Assembly (NCBI RefSeq): GCF_006345805.1 | Contig: NC_043008.1 | Coordinates: 41,602,001-41,666,000 of the forward strand | Source of the DNA: Octopus sinensis | Lineage: Eukaryota | Direction: 5' to 3' | Length of the DNA stretch: 64,000 nt | In this document: one piece after another, positions 12,675 to 24,092 of the stretch | How positions within the stretch are numbered: position 1 is the first letter of the stretch | Layout: each line of letters starts with the position of its first letter | Program-made: the position numbers and the translations under genes | Notes under the pieces: model-generated | Database searches by the model: none | Told to the model about the DNA's origin: nothing | The model's input: only the letters and a program-made list of their open reading frames with translations

Positions 12675-12873
12675 TAATAATAAGAATAAGAAGAAGAAGA
12701 AAAAGAAGAATGATGATGATGATGATGATAATGACGACGACGGCGGCCATGGTGGTGGTGTTGGTGTTGGGGGCAGCGGCGGCCATGGTAGTGGTGGTGT
12801 TGGTGGTGTTGGTGGTGTTGGTGGTCTGGTGAGGAGGAGGTGAAGAAGAAGAAGAAGAAGAAGAAGAAGAAGA
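12675..12873 (+). repeat. Compound trinucleotide microsatellite (AAT, AAG, GAT, GAC, GGC, GGT, GAG, AAG)
   Basis: Direct reading. Confidence 0.95.
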
Positions 12874-14251
12874 ATTTGGTTTATCTAGCAGCAGGATATA
12901 ATGCGTTGGTTTGACAGAAAAGGAGACAAAAAAGAACAATAAAATATGAGGCAAGAAATAATCGTCAAAAGGAAGAATGTGTGAACACATGGGTGATAGG
13001 GAAATTGGGAACATGCCACACACAAATGATTGCGCAAAGGCATTAAAAGCAAATTCCTTGTTATTCTTCTAGTCCCACATAATGTAGGCTTAAATATCTG
13101 CATCTGTTTTGGTGCTCTCACACACCACATAAATTGACATAATACAGTATTAAACAAATTTATAATCAATATTATTACAAAACACTTTATTACCAGAACC
13201 TGTAAAGGTGCCTCTAAATACTTTGTGATATTTAATCATGCTCCTTTCGTCATGCTCTGGGCTTATATCTTACTGTTGTAAGACCCCTTCTGGGGTCCAT
13301 AAAATAAAGTATCAGACAAATATTAGATATGATTTATCCGGCTGTATGTTGCTCTAAAATTAAGAGTTATATCTGAGAAAATTAGCAATCGTTATTATTA
13401 TGCAAAAGCAAGAAATAGAAGCGATCCTCTAGAATCATTAAGCAAGGTATACAATATATTTTATGCATATTTATAACCTTTTGACATTGTATGAAATATT
13501 CGTAAGGGGATCACGCATGCCTATGTTAAAGGCGCCAAGTTGTTAGACTTATGCGGAACATGACTGCTAAAAATTTACATATTGATAATTTCATGCATGT
13601 ATTTAACGTTTTTGCGGTAAATATATTTATGAAATTCAATGCTAATTATGAAAACATAGTTTTAAAATATCACGAAGTCGTTTAAATATATATCGGTATA
13701 CGGTTTTCTAGAAAATGTACGAAATTGAAGAAATATAGATTGATGTAGTATAACACGAATGAAATAAACATGTAAGCAGTAAAGTATGAATATAGTAAAA
13801 TACTAAAAGGCATATGAGGGGGAAAAAAGACATTTCGTTTCTAATGTAATGTACAAATGTAATTTTGAGGAACAAATTTGTTAATCTTGCTCTAAATTTA
13901 TTCAGCTGGCAAAATATTTGGATTCACTTCAAGAATTTGATTAAGCATTTGCTATAACATGAATTTTAATCATGTAAACTGAAGTTAAATTAATCATTTT
14001 TTTTTTTTATAAACATATAATTTATGATTTCTTCCTGAAATGACTTACTGTTAGTATTGAGAATTTTAACTTCATTACAGCATAGCTTCATGAATATATA
14101 TTTTCAGTTAGTTAATGCTATTGCAAACATTTTCCCTTTAAGAAGTATTGTATCACGAACCGATTTAAATTCCTGTTGAAGACGATTTCTGTTGAAGTCC
14201 CGGAAATATTAACTGTAGTCCGTTATGTCGCTATTCAATTATATACCTTTA

Positions 14252-14591
14252 CTAGCAGTATCGCCCGGCGTTGCTCAGGTTTGTAAGGGAAATAACTATA
14301 AAGCATTTTTAGAGAGTTATAGCCAAAAAATAGCAAAAAAATGGAAAAAAATGATGGTAAATTATCCGGTTTGTGTTTCTGATTCTCGACCCCATGTCGA
14401 ATTTATCGATTTTTTTCAGAACTGGGGGAACTTTTCAAAATTTTCGCTGCGTTAGTTTTGAATTATGACATTGGGCTATGTGTGTGTCAAGTTTCATCAG
14501 AATCGGTTGAAAGCTGTGGTCAGGGTGAGGGTACAAGCAAACAGACACACAGAAACACGCACAGACAAACTGCCGTTTATATAGAGAGAGA
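14252..14591 (-). mobile_element. Non-autonomous Helitron
   Basis: On the minus strand it starts A|TCTCTCTCTATATAAACGG and ends in a hairpin (CCTGAGCAACGCCGGG) followed by CGATACTG-CTAG|T. This fits the 5'-TC, 3'-CTRR and AT-target rules, with no TSD. Confidence 0.8.
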
Positions 14592-14880
14592 TAATCACAG
14601 CTTAGTCTCAGGCTGGCGTTTACTTTCGCTTTCATTTTTCACCATTCCATAAAATGGAAACTAATGGTGTTCTTTTTCTCCCAGTATTATGTAACCACCT
14701 TGCACCAAAGCAAGGCCTAATATCAACATTAGAAGCGGGGTTAATTGCAGATACGTTAAACCATGAAAGAGGCTAAATTTCCCAACGTGGCATATATTGT
14801 CATTATTAAATTAAATAAAACAGAAGTAGTAATTTGATGGTTTGTTGCCAACTTAATGTGGCAGTCCCCGGAAAGGGAAG

Positions 14881-15404
14881 AATACTGTTGATATTTAGTA
14901 CCAGGAAATATCGTTTCCAGTTGGTTATGTGACACAAGCGTTCTGTGTCCTTAAGTTTTCAAACAGGGGAGATAAGCACCTCCACCCAGCAAAGCCAGCA
15001 ACCAGAGACTAGTTTCAGTATCATTGCGCTTCATCAGCCTGGACTAGCTTTGCTTGCTAGATGTCGATGCTTATTCGCCGTTGAAAACTTATAGAATTTT
15101 AAGGGAAATATATTCACTGATCTACAAAATTAGAAATATTGCATTTCTAAACCTCTCAGAAAGACTTATACAATAGCAGCAGGATAAGGTGATGGTTTTC
15201 TGTCAACGTAATGTGGAAGTCCCAGGAAAGGGAAGTATTCTACTGCTATTCTAGGCTGATGAAGTGCAATGATTCTGAAACTAGTCTCTGAGTGCTGGCT
15301 TTGAGGTGTTAATCTCCCCTATTTGAAAACTTAAGGACACAGTACGCTTGTGTCACATAGCCAGCTGGAAACGATATTTCCTGATACTAAATATCAGCAG
15401 TATT
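14881..15404. mobile_element. Inverted pair of Penelope-like LTR-type repeats (arms 14881-15042 and 15251-15404), each with a minimal hammerhead motif
   Basis: The arms are reverse complements. Motifs: CCAGG-CTGATGA-AGCGCAATGATACT-GAAAC-TA-GTC-TCTGG (minus, 15002-15042) and CTAGG-CTGATGA-AGTGCAATGATTCT-GAAAC-TA-GTC-TCTG (plus, 15251-15291). Confidence 0.75.
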
Positions 15405-15459
15405 GAGGGCGTGATAGATGAACCGCGATATGGAGAATGATTATTGTATGTCAATAAAT

Positions 15460-15858
15460 AAGGCGATAGAGTGGTTGTATAATGTCAACATAACGTGACA
15501 ATCCCATAAAGGGAATTACACTACCGCTATATAGCCCTCGGAAGCATCGATGCTTCCTGTCGGCTTTGACATACTTCCTGTGTCCTTATATTTGCAAAGG
15601 GGAGGCAAGCACCTCCACCAGCTAGGACGGGACTCGATACACTGGACTGATGACGGGCAAGACCCAGAAACATGCATGTCTTCGGGTTGCTAGTCCTAGC
15701 TGGTTGGGGTGCTTGATCCCTCTTTGCAAATATAAGGACACAGGAAATGTGTCAAAGCCGACAGGAAACGTCGATGCTTCCTAGGGCTATATAACGGTGG
15801 TGTAATTCCCTTTACGGGATTGTCACGTTATGTTGACATTATACAACCACTCTATCGC
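15460..15858. mobile_element. Fold-back repeat (~170-bp arms) related to the 14881-15404 family, with a hammerhead motif in the loop
   Basis: Arms 15460-15628 and 15692-15858 are inverted. The loop carries CTGGA-CTGATGA-CGGGCAAGACCCA-GAAAC-ATGCAT-GTC-TTCGG (15642-15685). Confidence 0.8.
15642..15685 (+). ncRNA. Type I hammerhead ribozyme motif (minimal, palindromic stem III)
   Basis: Core CUGAUGA and GAAA, GUC triplet, 5-bp stem I (CUGGA/UUCGG), stem II GGG/CCC, stem III ACAUGCAUGU palindrome. The 10.1-11.1 pair is a C-A mismatch, so activity is uncertain. Confidence 0.6.
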
Positions 15859-16932
15859 TCCACCACCGCTCATATCTCTTTGAGACATTTAGAAATTCAA
15901 TGTTTCTAAATAAATAAGGCGCTGAAGCCTTTTTATTTACCCTTAAAAACCTGAATCCACATCGTTGAGCGGTGTAGATCCACCAACCCACCATTGTAGA
16001 AAGGTTTATGCCTTATGTATTACTACATCATGGCTTTCAACTACACCACAGCACTACAAGGAAGAATTGAGAGCAGCTAAATAATAAGGAAGAATTTCGG
16101 TGTTTTTCCCGGCACGCTATAGATGTATCCCATCTCCCATATCACACCCTCTGCCTTAGAAAGGAAATAACACTTTGCATATTGTAGCAGTAAAATAGTA
16201 TCTCTGAAAAGACGAGAAATGCAAATTCATTTTTATGTGCTAAGTAGGTTAAGTAATTTCCACTTTGGCCTCTGCATCTTCAGCTATGAATCTACCATAA
16301 TTGCTTGCTCAATAAATTATATTTTCCTGGAAATATTTTAATTTACTGATTGTTATTTTGCGTTATACAGCATTAATTATTTCCGATGTATTCTGTATGT
16401 TAATGTTCTGCTAAACTACCGTCAGCTTAATCGCATTTTCTCCATTTATTTTTGTTTATTAGTTTCCCAGCAGCTTTGTCAATCGTTCTCGAAAAGTATT
16501 ATGCGTTAAAACATATTATTATCCTTTGCTCCATTATCTGAAACAAAAAAAAGCTGATGTAATATTCACTGAACCAAGTTGAAGGGAACGGCCAAAAGCT
16601 TAGTTAAATACTAATAGAAGTTATAAAGCAAAGGCGGCGAGCTGGCAGAATCGTTAGCACGCCGGGAGAAATGCTTAGTGGTATTTCGTCTGTCGCACAT
16701 GTGTTCGTGAAGTAAGAATTGCTGTTTCGTGGTGTTAATATTGTTAACAACTGTTGTTTCTTGTTAAACTGTTGAATAACTTAACTGTTGGAGTTTTCAA
16801 TTGAAAACACTTAGTGCTTGTGGTAGCACGCGTTGTTCATTCCCCCTTTGGGGGGAAGAATGTCGTCTAGCATGGAGCCTACCGTTGGAGCAGAAATACT
16901 TGTTTCTCCTGTTGAGTGAGAGGAGGAAATAC

Positions 16933-18389
16933 ATGTCCGGCGAGGAGCCAACTACAGACAAGGAAATAGGGGTTTCCCCCGCTACAAGAAGGAATAGCAG
17001 AGAGGATAATATATTTGATATTTTGGAGATGTGTCTGAGAGCTCGTCAGAACTTTCACCAGGAGAGTTTCCGACTTTGCCAGAGAACAAAGGCATTGTGT
17101 CGAAGAGAATAATTGATGTGCCTAGCATCCAGATAGAACCAAAAAATGGAAAAAAAAGTTTTGCGTTGGCTGCTGGGGGTGGACCCAGATACTGTCGACG
17201 AATAAAAGCGAAATTATGAAATACAGCAAAATGCTGGAAATAAATGACAACAGTGTGAAAATTGAACCTCCGCAAAAGTTATTACAGGAAGAAAAGCAAA
17301 AAACAATAATTTTCAAAACATATTGTCTACAAAATAGAAAAATTGAAAGAATGTCAGAAGAGAAAATAGAAAAGTGCTTAAAGCCAATATTGGGCGACGT
17401 AGTATTTCTGAGAAGAGGAAAAAAATTCGGAACGGTGGAAGTAAGGTTCACCAATAAAGAAATAGCACACAAGAACTCAGTGGAAACGTTGAAAACGAAC
17501 GACGTGGAGTTAATACCCTATTATATGGGGATGAGGACGTCGCGAATAAAAATTACAAGGGTCCGCCAGAGGTCGAACCTATGTGGTTGTTGGCGGCAGT
17601 CCTAATCAAAGAGGTAGAAAAAATTACTCTCCTCCAGGCTACCGCTACGGAAAACCCACGCTGGGATGGTAAAACAATTAATCTTCTCATTCAAGCGGAC
17701 CCTAAAATAATTCAAACAATTCCTGAGACAATTGAGGTAGGGGAGGAGAACCTCGTGGTGTTTGTTGAGGGCCGAAAAACCTCGATGTTTTTATGTGGTC
17801 AATTAGGCCACATCGAAGGAACTGCAAGGAAATGAAGAAGAGGAGGAAGAGGAGAAAAAAGACAAAGAGGAAGAAGATAAAGAAGAAACAGATGAGAAAA
17901 AAAACAACAAACAAAAGAAAAATACAACCAGCAACCCAGCCGAGAGCGGCGACTACTACAGAACAACGACCAAAAAAGACTGCCAGAAGAGAAAAAGAAG
18001 AAAAAGGCATAATAGCCGTATACACTAAAGATACTGAGCTCATGAGAGACATTCAACTCATAAAGACTGTAAAAAAAAATTGATAACCTTTCAGAGGAAT
18101 TTATCAATTACGACATATATGAAGTCTCAAATAAGACTTATAGAATTCTACAAAATAAGTACAGAAAGACTGTATCTCATTGAGATTAGATTTTAACAGT
18201 CGATATTTCATGGATTACCAGCTCCGATCCCGCGAGAAAAGGAAAAGGTGGAGATTCCCCCTCCACCTGATAATTCTGTGTCGGTGTGTGAGACGGGATT
18301 TTGACAAATCTATTTCCCAAGACCGTCCACCTCCGACCCTGGATAAAAAAAAGGTGGAGGGTCCCCCTCCACCGGACAATCCTAATTAA
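16933..18389 (+). pseudogene. LINE ORF1 (gag-like), frameshifted
   Basis: ATG at 16933. An RRM-like segment (GTVEVRF), then a zinc knuckle that reconstructs across frameshifts as RKPRCFLCGQLGHIERNC (about 17770-17830), then a Lys-rich tract. Confidence 0.75.
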
Positions 18390-18400
18390 ACAGGTAAGTG

Positions 18401-21400
18401 ATGGCTATTCACATTGGTTGTTTAAATGTTCATGGCCTGTTGTCAAGCTGGAAGCAAGGACGCTTTCTGAATGACATCAGGTCGAGAAATTTGGATGTAA
18501 TTGTTGCAACGGAAACCCGGGTGAAGGGGCCAAGAGATCTGCTCCCCTCCTGAACGGCTACGAGAAATACGTTTCTCCGAGTCGGGCGGGAGGTGGGGGT
18601 GGGGGTTGGTCCTACTAAAAAGAAACCGGGTAGCCGAGAAAAAGTTGGTTTTTCTGACCCAGAAGGCAGGCTGGTCGTTCTCGACTTGACATTCAGTTGT
18701 GGCAAGACAATCAGGCTGGTCGCTATTTATGCACCAAACATTATTGGCCCGCAAACTGAATATTTTCGTGGCCTAGGAAAGTTCCTAGCCACGTCGCATT
18801 CACTAGTAGTGTTAGGAGACTCTAATACAATATGTGCAGCACACACAGATTGTGTTGGCTCAAACTCGAACATGAACAGAAAATGTAACACAGGCTTTCG
18901 GGATCTGCTAAGTCAATTTCAGCTAGCAGATCCATATAGGTTGGAGCACCCGAACACTCCACAGTGGACGTGGTCAAATAGTGACGGGTCTACCAGAACA
19001 TATCTAGATAGGATTTTAATTAGAGAAAAAGATAAGTCCATAGTTGAGTGTCCACAGTTTTTTCTAGTCAGCTACAGTGACCACAAGATGGTTACCTGTA
19101 AACTGACGGTAGATAAGTTGCATAGACAGGGATCTGGCTACTGGAAACTCAATACGTCCCTTTTGGCGATTGAGGAGTACAGAAAGCGGATCAAGATGTT
19201 AATACAGAGGGCATTAACAGGTACCATCATAATAACAACAAATGGTGGTACGCCCTAAAAAGAGCCATCAAATATGAGTCTATTAGGTTAGCATAAGTTT
19301 AGCTAAGAAGGGACGTAAAATAGGAGATGGTCTAGTTAAGGAACTAGAAGAAGCCTGGAGGACTGGTAATACAGACCAAGCGAGGGTGAAAAGACTGGAG
19401 TTAAACCAGCATCTTGAAGCCCACCACATGGGAAGTATTACCAGAGCTAAGTTACGTGCAATGGGAAGTGAAGGAATCAAAGCCGCTGGATGGGCCCGAG
19501 TGGTGGAAGCTCGGCAACGAAATAGTTCCTCTATTCGGTCTTTGACGAATCAAAATGGTGTCTTGATAACGAACCCGAGAAAATGTGTGAGGTCTTTCGG
19601 AGTAGTACTTCGCCCAGCTGTTCGGGGGTGACGGCGGCGTCCTGGTGGTGGGAGAGCCCTCGAGGACTTTCTTACCGGGCTGCCGTGCCTCTCGGGGTCG
19701 GATGCGGAGTCTTGCGAAGGGCCAATCACACTTGAGGAGGTGATGGAGGCTTTGGCCGATTGTAAAGCGGGTAAGTCACCGGGACTTGATGGTCTTCCGT
19801 ACGAGCTGTATAATGTATGCCAGACTTGTTCGGGCAACTACTGACTGACGTGTACGCGAACTGGAAACAGAATGGGTTTATCCCCAGATCTGTGCGCCGG
19901 GGAGTAGTGACGTTGGTCAGAAGGACCCGGACAAGGGGGACGTTCTAGAGAATTTCAGGCCCATCACTCTGTTAAACGCAGAAGTGAAGATTTTGGCCAA
20001 GGTTCTAGCAAAAAAGGTTGGCGCGTGTCGCGAATGGTATAGTCGGGGAGGCACAGACGTGTGCCATCCCAGGCAGAACCATTCAGGATACCCTCCATCT
20101 TATTCGCTATACCATAGAGAGGTTTGGTAATAAATCTGGCAAAGGTGGTGGGGCATTGGTGCATTGGACCAGTCTAAAGCTTTTGATAGGGTTGACCATC
20201 GATACCTAGCGACTGTACTTGCGCGGTTTGGCCTGGGCCTTGGCTTCCTCAGGTGGTTTATCGCTTTGTACCACAACATTGACTCGATAGTTCGGGTGAA
20301 CGGTTTCCTTTCGAAGCCGTTCTGCATCAGACGCTCGGTTCGTCAAGGATGTCCGCTTTCACCACTTTTGTATGTGATGGCTCTCGAGCCATTACTGCAA
20401 AGGTTGAGTGGCATCCCGAGAGAACCAGGACTAGAGGAGTTTGTTACGGCTTTCGCGGATGATATCACTATCAGTGTAACCACAGTGGTACGCCTACGTG
20501 AAGTAGGTAAGACTATTGAGGCTTACGAGGAGGTAGCAGGAGCAAAGATTAACCGGCGACGAAAGGAAAAGTCGGCGGCTTGCAGCTCGGCACCTGGGTT
20601 GGCAAGTCGATGCCTTCAGACAGTGTTGTTAGGCGCTGGACGGAGGGACCGGTTAAGTTGCTGGGAGTCTGGTTTGGACCAGGCCTCCAGATAGAGAAGA
20701 ACTGGACGGAGGTATTGAGCAGGGTGGCTGCAGTAGTCAAGACTTGGTCTTGGCGGTGGCTATCCCTGAAAGGGAGGGCGGAAGTGGCCAATGTGTTTAT
20801 CGCATCGGTCATTACCTACCGCCTGACTGTCGTGCCCTGTCCGGATTCGTGGTTGATCAGGTTGGAGAGACAGCTCTTTCGCTTTTTGTGGAAGGGCAGG
20901 TCGCCACTTGTGAAACGCTCTGTCTGCTGTCAAAAGCCTTTAAATGGAGGTTTAGGGATGCCTTGGTTAATGATGCGCGAATGCGTTGAGGTTGAGGCAC
21001 CTCTGGATTCTCCTGGATAGTGAACGGGTGTGGTCTCCGCTGGCCAGACAAATGTTCCCTAGTTCAAGAGTTTTTGCGAACAGGAAGCCTGGTGTTCTCG
21101 TAGACCGAGGTCGAGTGAGGGGCATAAAGAGTGCCGTAAGGCCCTCTTGCTGTTCCGGCGCTCGGGCAACGCCAGCGGTGGGGGTTCCACACGGATTTTA
21201 TATAGTGGGTGGTGGTAGAGTCTGAATGCGACGATGGCCTGGGGTCGACTCTAGGTCTCGGATTTATTCAACTGGACAGCTTGTTTCATCGTACATTCGG
21301 GTTGAGAACGTTGGACAACTTCCAAAAGTCCTTAACCTGGCAATGCTACAGAGGTGCCTTGCCCGTTTGGGATAAGCTCGCAAGACATGGTAAACGTCAG

Positions 21401-21809
21401 TCGCCGACCTGTCCAAGATGCGGTGGGGACAGGGAAACCGTCCCTCACGCTATTGTTCAGTGTCCGGAGATAACTGAAATGTGGCTTATGCTGAACATCT
21501 GTTGTCCGGCGAAGGAAGAGTACGGCTGTCGACTGAGTCAATTATAAAAATTGACCCACCGGGAGTTCTAACGAACGAAGGTAAGAATTGTTTTCTCACG
21601 GTTGTAGCAATAGCAAAGAGGCTGTATGGAATACTAGGATAAAAGGAATTAAGACAGGCAACTTTATCTCTGGTGACAATTTACGATCCTTTTTTTCTTT
21701 TCATTTGAAAAGGAAACTGTGGCTGGAGAAGAGGTGTCTGTCAGAGTGTACGTTCCAAAAGAGATGGAAGTATGTTGCACGAGTGTTGTGCGTGCAAGAA
21801 ACCGTGTGA
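18401..21809 (+). pseudogene. LINE ORF2: APE endonuclease, reverse transcriptase and C-terminal CCHC, with multiple frameshifts
   Basis: Endonuclease: MAIHIGCLNVHGL...ATETR, IYAPN, GDSN, YLDRIL, SDH, GYWKLNTSLL. RT: GKSPGLDGLP, FRPITLL, QTCAIPGRTIQD, DQSKAFDRVDH, VRQGCPLSPLLY, FADD, LGVWFG, LSLKGR, GGLGMP. C-terminus: CPRCGGDRETVPHAIVQC. QGCPLS and QTC.IPGR.I.D are Tx1-like. Confidence 0.93.
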
Positions 21810-22284
21810 ATAGACGAGAAAAAAAAAAAAGGAAAAATAAGAAGGTATCAGCGAGATCGGGGGGCTTGTGGGATCGGAGCGTAACTTGATCATCGCTTCA
21901 TTTGTATTGTTTTTGTACTGTGTATTCCATTCGATTTTTATGTATTGTTTTTATTTTTGATGTCACATTTATGTAAAATCATATCGATTCACTGATCCCA
22001 TCAGTTGTACTGTCCATATCTATGTTTGGCCCCCGGTGGGCAATAAAGAAATTGGTATTTCGTCTGCCACTACGTTCTGAGTTCAAATTCCACCGAGGTC
22101 GACTTTGCCTTTCATCCTTTCGGGGTCGATTAAATAAGTACTAGTTACGCATTGGGGTCGATATAATCGACTTAATCCGTTTGTCTGTCCTTGTTTGTCC
22201 CCTCTATGTTTAGCCGCTTGTTGGCAATAAAGACATAAGAAGTTATAAAGCAATAGGCTGATAAGCTGGCTGAACAGACTGTAC

Positions 22285-22430
22285 TCCGGACAAAAAGTTT
22301 GGCGGTACTTTTGGATTTAATTCTGTTTTCAAATTCCGCCGAGGTTCACTGTCTTTTTCATCTTTTCTTGGTTTACTTGCCCTCTACACCAAATTTCAGG
22401 CCTTATATCACCGATGGTAGAAAGAAAACA
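22285..22430 (+). mobile_element. Degenerate SINE-A tail-1 fragment
   Basis: TTCAAATTCCGCCGAGGTTCAC...CCAAATTTCAGGCCTTAT. Confidence 0.55.
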
Positions 22431-23580
22431 ATAGGAAACAATATTTATGAACTTACAGCATATTTCGGCTGCCTGAACAAAACTTTTCAGTAAATAATCA
22501 TTTTTTTCCCAAGGTTTTCTATAGTATTTATACAAAATGCTTATTGACTTACATTCGTTGCAAGAGTAGTGTTATGCATTGAAATAAACCAGATTACTCT
22601 GATATTTTGGCTTCTGCTACTATGTGGGTTGTCTTCCGTGTATACTTTCGTCTTACAAGATTATATAAGTTTCTTTTAAAAACTCTCTAACTTAGTTATT
22701 CTATTTTGTCCTTCATCTCTGAAATAGTGGACAATTTATTTAATATATAACACAAACTCGAGATTTTCTCTCCTCTATATAAGACACTTTTGCATGTCTC
22801 CTCAAAAATATGCAAAAACCGATCATAACGTTCACAGAAATGTTTTTAGTTGCAGCAGATTGTAACATTTTAGTCAAGATCTGTTCAGCTGCTAGGTGGC
22901 TTTTCTGTGTCTAGTGATATAGAATGCATAAAGCAGTGGCTTATTTGTGCAATATCAGCTTAACTGAAATCTAGTTACTTCTTACACAAATTGGATACCA
23001 AAAGTCTACAAAGATCGACCAGGAATTAGCAACGAGAGAAATATATAATACTTGTTTTCGTGTTTGCGTGTGTACGTGTATGTGTGACTGCATGATTGTG
23101 TTTCTTTTTTCTTTCATTCTTTTCTGTCTCTGTCTCTCCCTCTCTGTACATGTGTGTGTGTTTGTATATGTGTGTGTGCGTGTGTGTTTATGTGTTTCCG
23201 TGCGTCTGTGTTTCTATGTTAAGTGCTTTTAACCAAGTCGTAAGTAAAACTGCATCTGAATGTCAGCAAAATTGAAGATGCACAGAAAGAATTTCTAATA
23301 TTCATCCTTGACTATATTTACATGATTTAGTCTGTTGGTATATGCATATCCAGCGAGACAAATACAGCAATATGACAGTGTTACCAATTAGAATTGTGTA
23401 GGGATATATCGTAGTAGGACATCGTATCCAGTTATCGACTATGTTCTTATATACAGGTAGCACATATCTGATAATTTTGCGTTCAAATGTGCTTTTCATC
23501 ACTCGAAGAATCATGCATACAACTATAACCTCGTATATCACATTTCCTCGAAACTGCAAAAGTTCTGTCCTGAATATACA

Positions 23581-23615
<35 letters not shown>

Positions 23616-23640
23616 CTATATATATATATATGTCTGTGTT

Positions 23641-23671
<31 letters not shown>

Positions 23672-23894
23672 TGTGTGTGTGTGTGTTTGTGTGTAGAAAT
23701 GTGTTGCGACGTGTCACAGGTGCCAAGCTGTATCGGCTTTGCCTTTCTCCTGGATAACACTGGTGGCGTGGAGAGGGGAAGCTTGTATGCATGGGCGACT
23801 GCTGGTCTTTCATAAACAACCTTGCCTGGACTTGTGCCTGGGAAGGTAACTTTCTAGGTGCAATCCCATGGTCAATAATGATCGAAGGGGTCCC

Positions 23895-23939
<45 letters not shown>

Positions 23940-23996
23940 CGTTTTCGGATTTGGTTTGCAAGACTCGTTATGTGATTTCGTGTACTAAAGCATATT

Positions 23997-24041
23997 CTGT
24001 TGTGTCTGGGGAGAGAAAATGACTCTCCCCAGACACAACAG
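23997..24041. repeat. Perfect 19-bp-arm hairpin
   Basis: CTGTTGTGTCTGGGGAGAG-AAAATGA-CTCTCCCCAGACACAACAG. Confidence 0.9.
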
Positions 24042-24092
24042 TGTATATATATATATAATATATATATATATATTATATATATATATATATAC

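Larger units (their letters stand above)
16697..22052 (+). mobile_element. Full-length, inactivated Tx1-clade (L1 group) non-LTR retrotransposon, ~5.36 kb
   Basis: Two ORF regions with diagnostic motifs. Flanked by TGGTATTTCGTCTGTCGC (16679-16696) and TGGTATTTCGTCTGCCAC (22053-22070). The 3' end is ...GGGCAATAAAGAAAT. Confidence 0.92.
16632..22237 (+). mobile_element. SINE-A tail-2 copy split by the LINE (head 16632-16696, body and tail 22053-22237)
   Basis: The two halves rejoin into a normal SINE-A. Perfect 16-bp TSD AGAAGTTATAAAGCAA at 16616-16631 and 22238-22253. Confidence 0.92.

Noticed and set aside
16632-16696. SINE heads (also 11050, 49411, 56059) as real tRNA genes
   Set aside because: A and B boxes are present, but there is no complete cloverleaf and each continues into SINE body sequence.
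17702-18107. Hydrophobic minus-strand ORFs resembling membrane proteins
   Set aside because: They are the antisense of the purine-rich, Lys-rich part of LINE ORF1.
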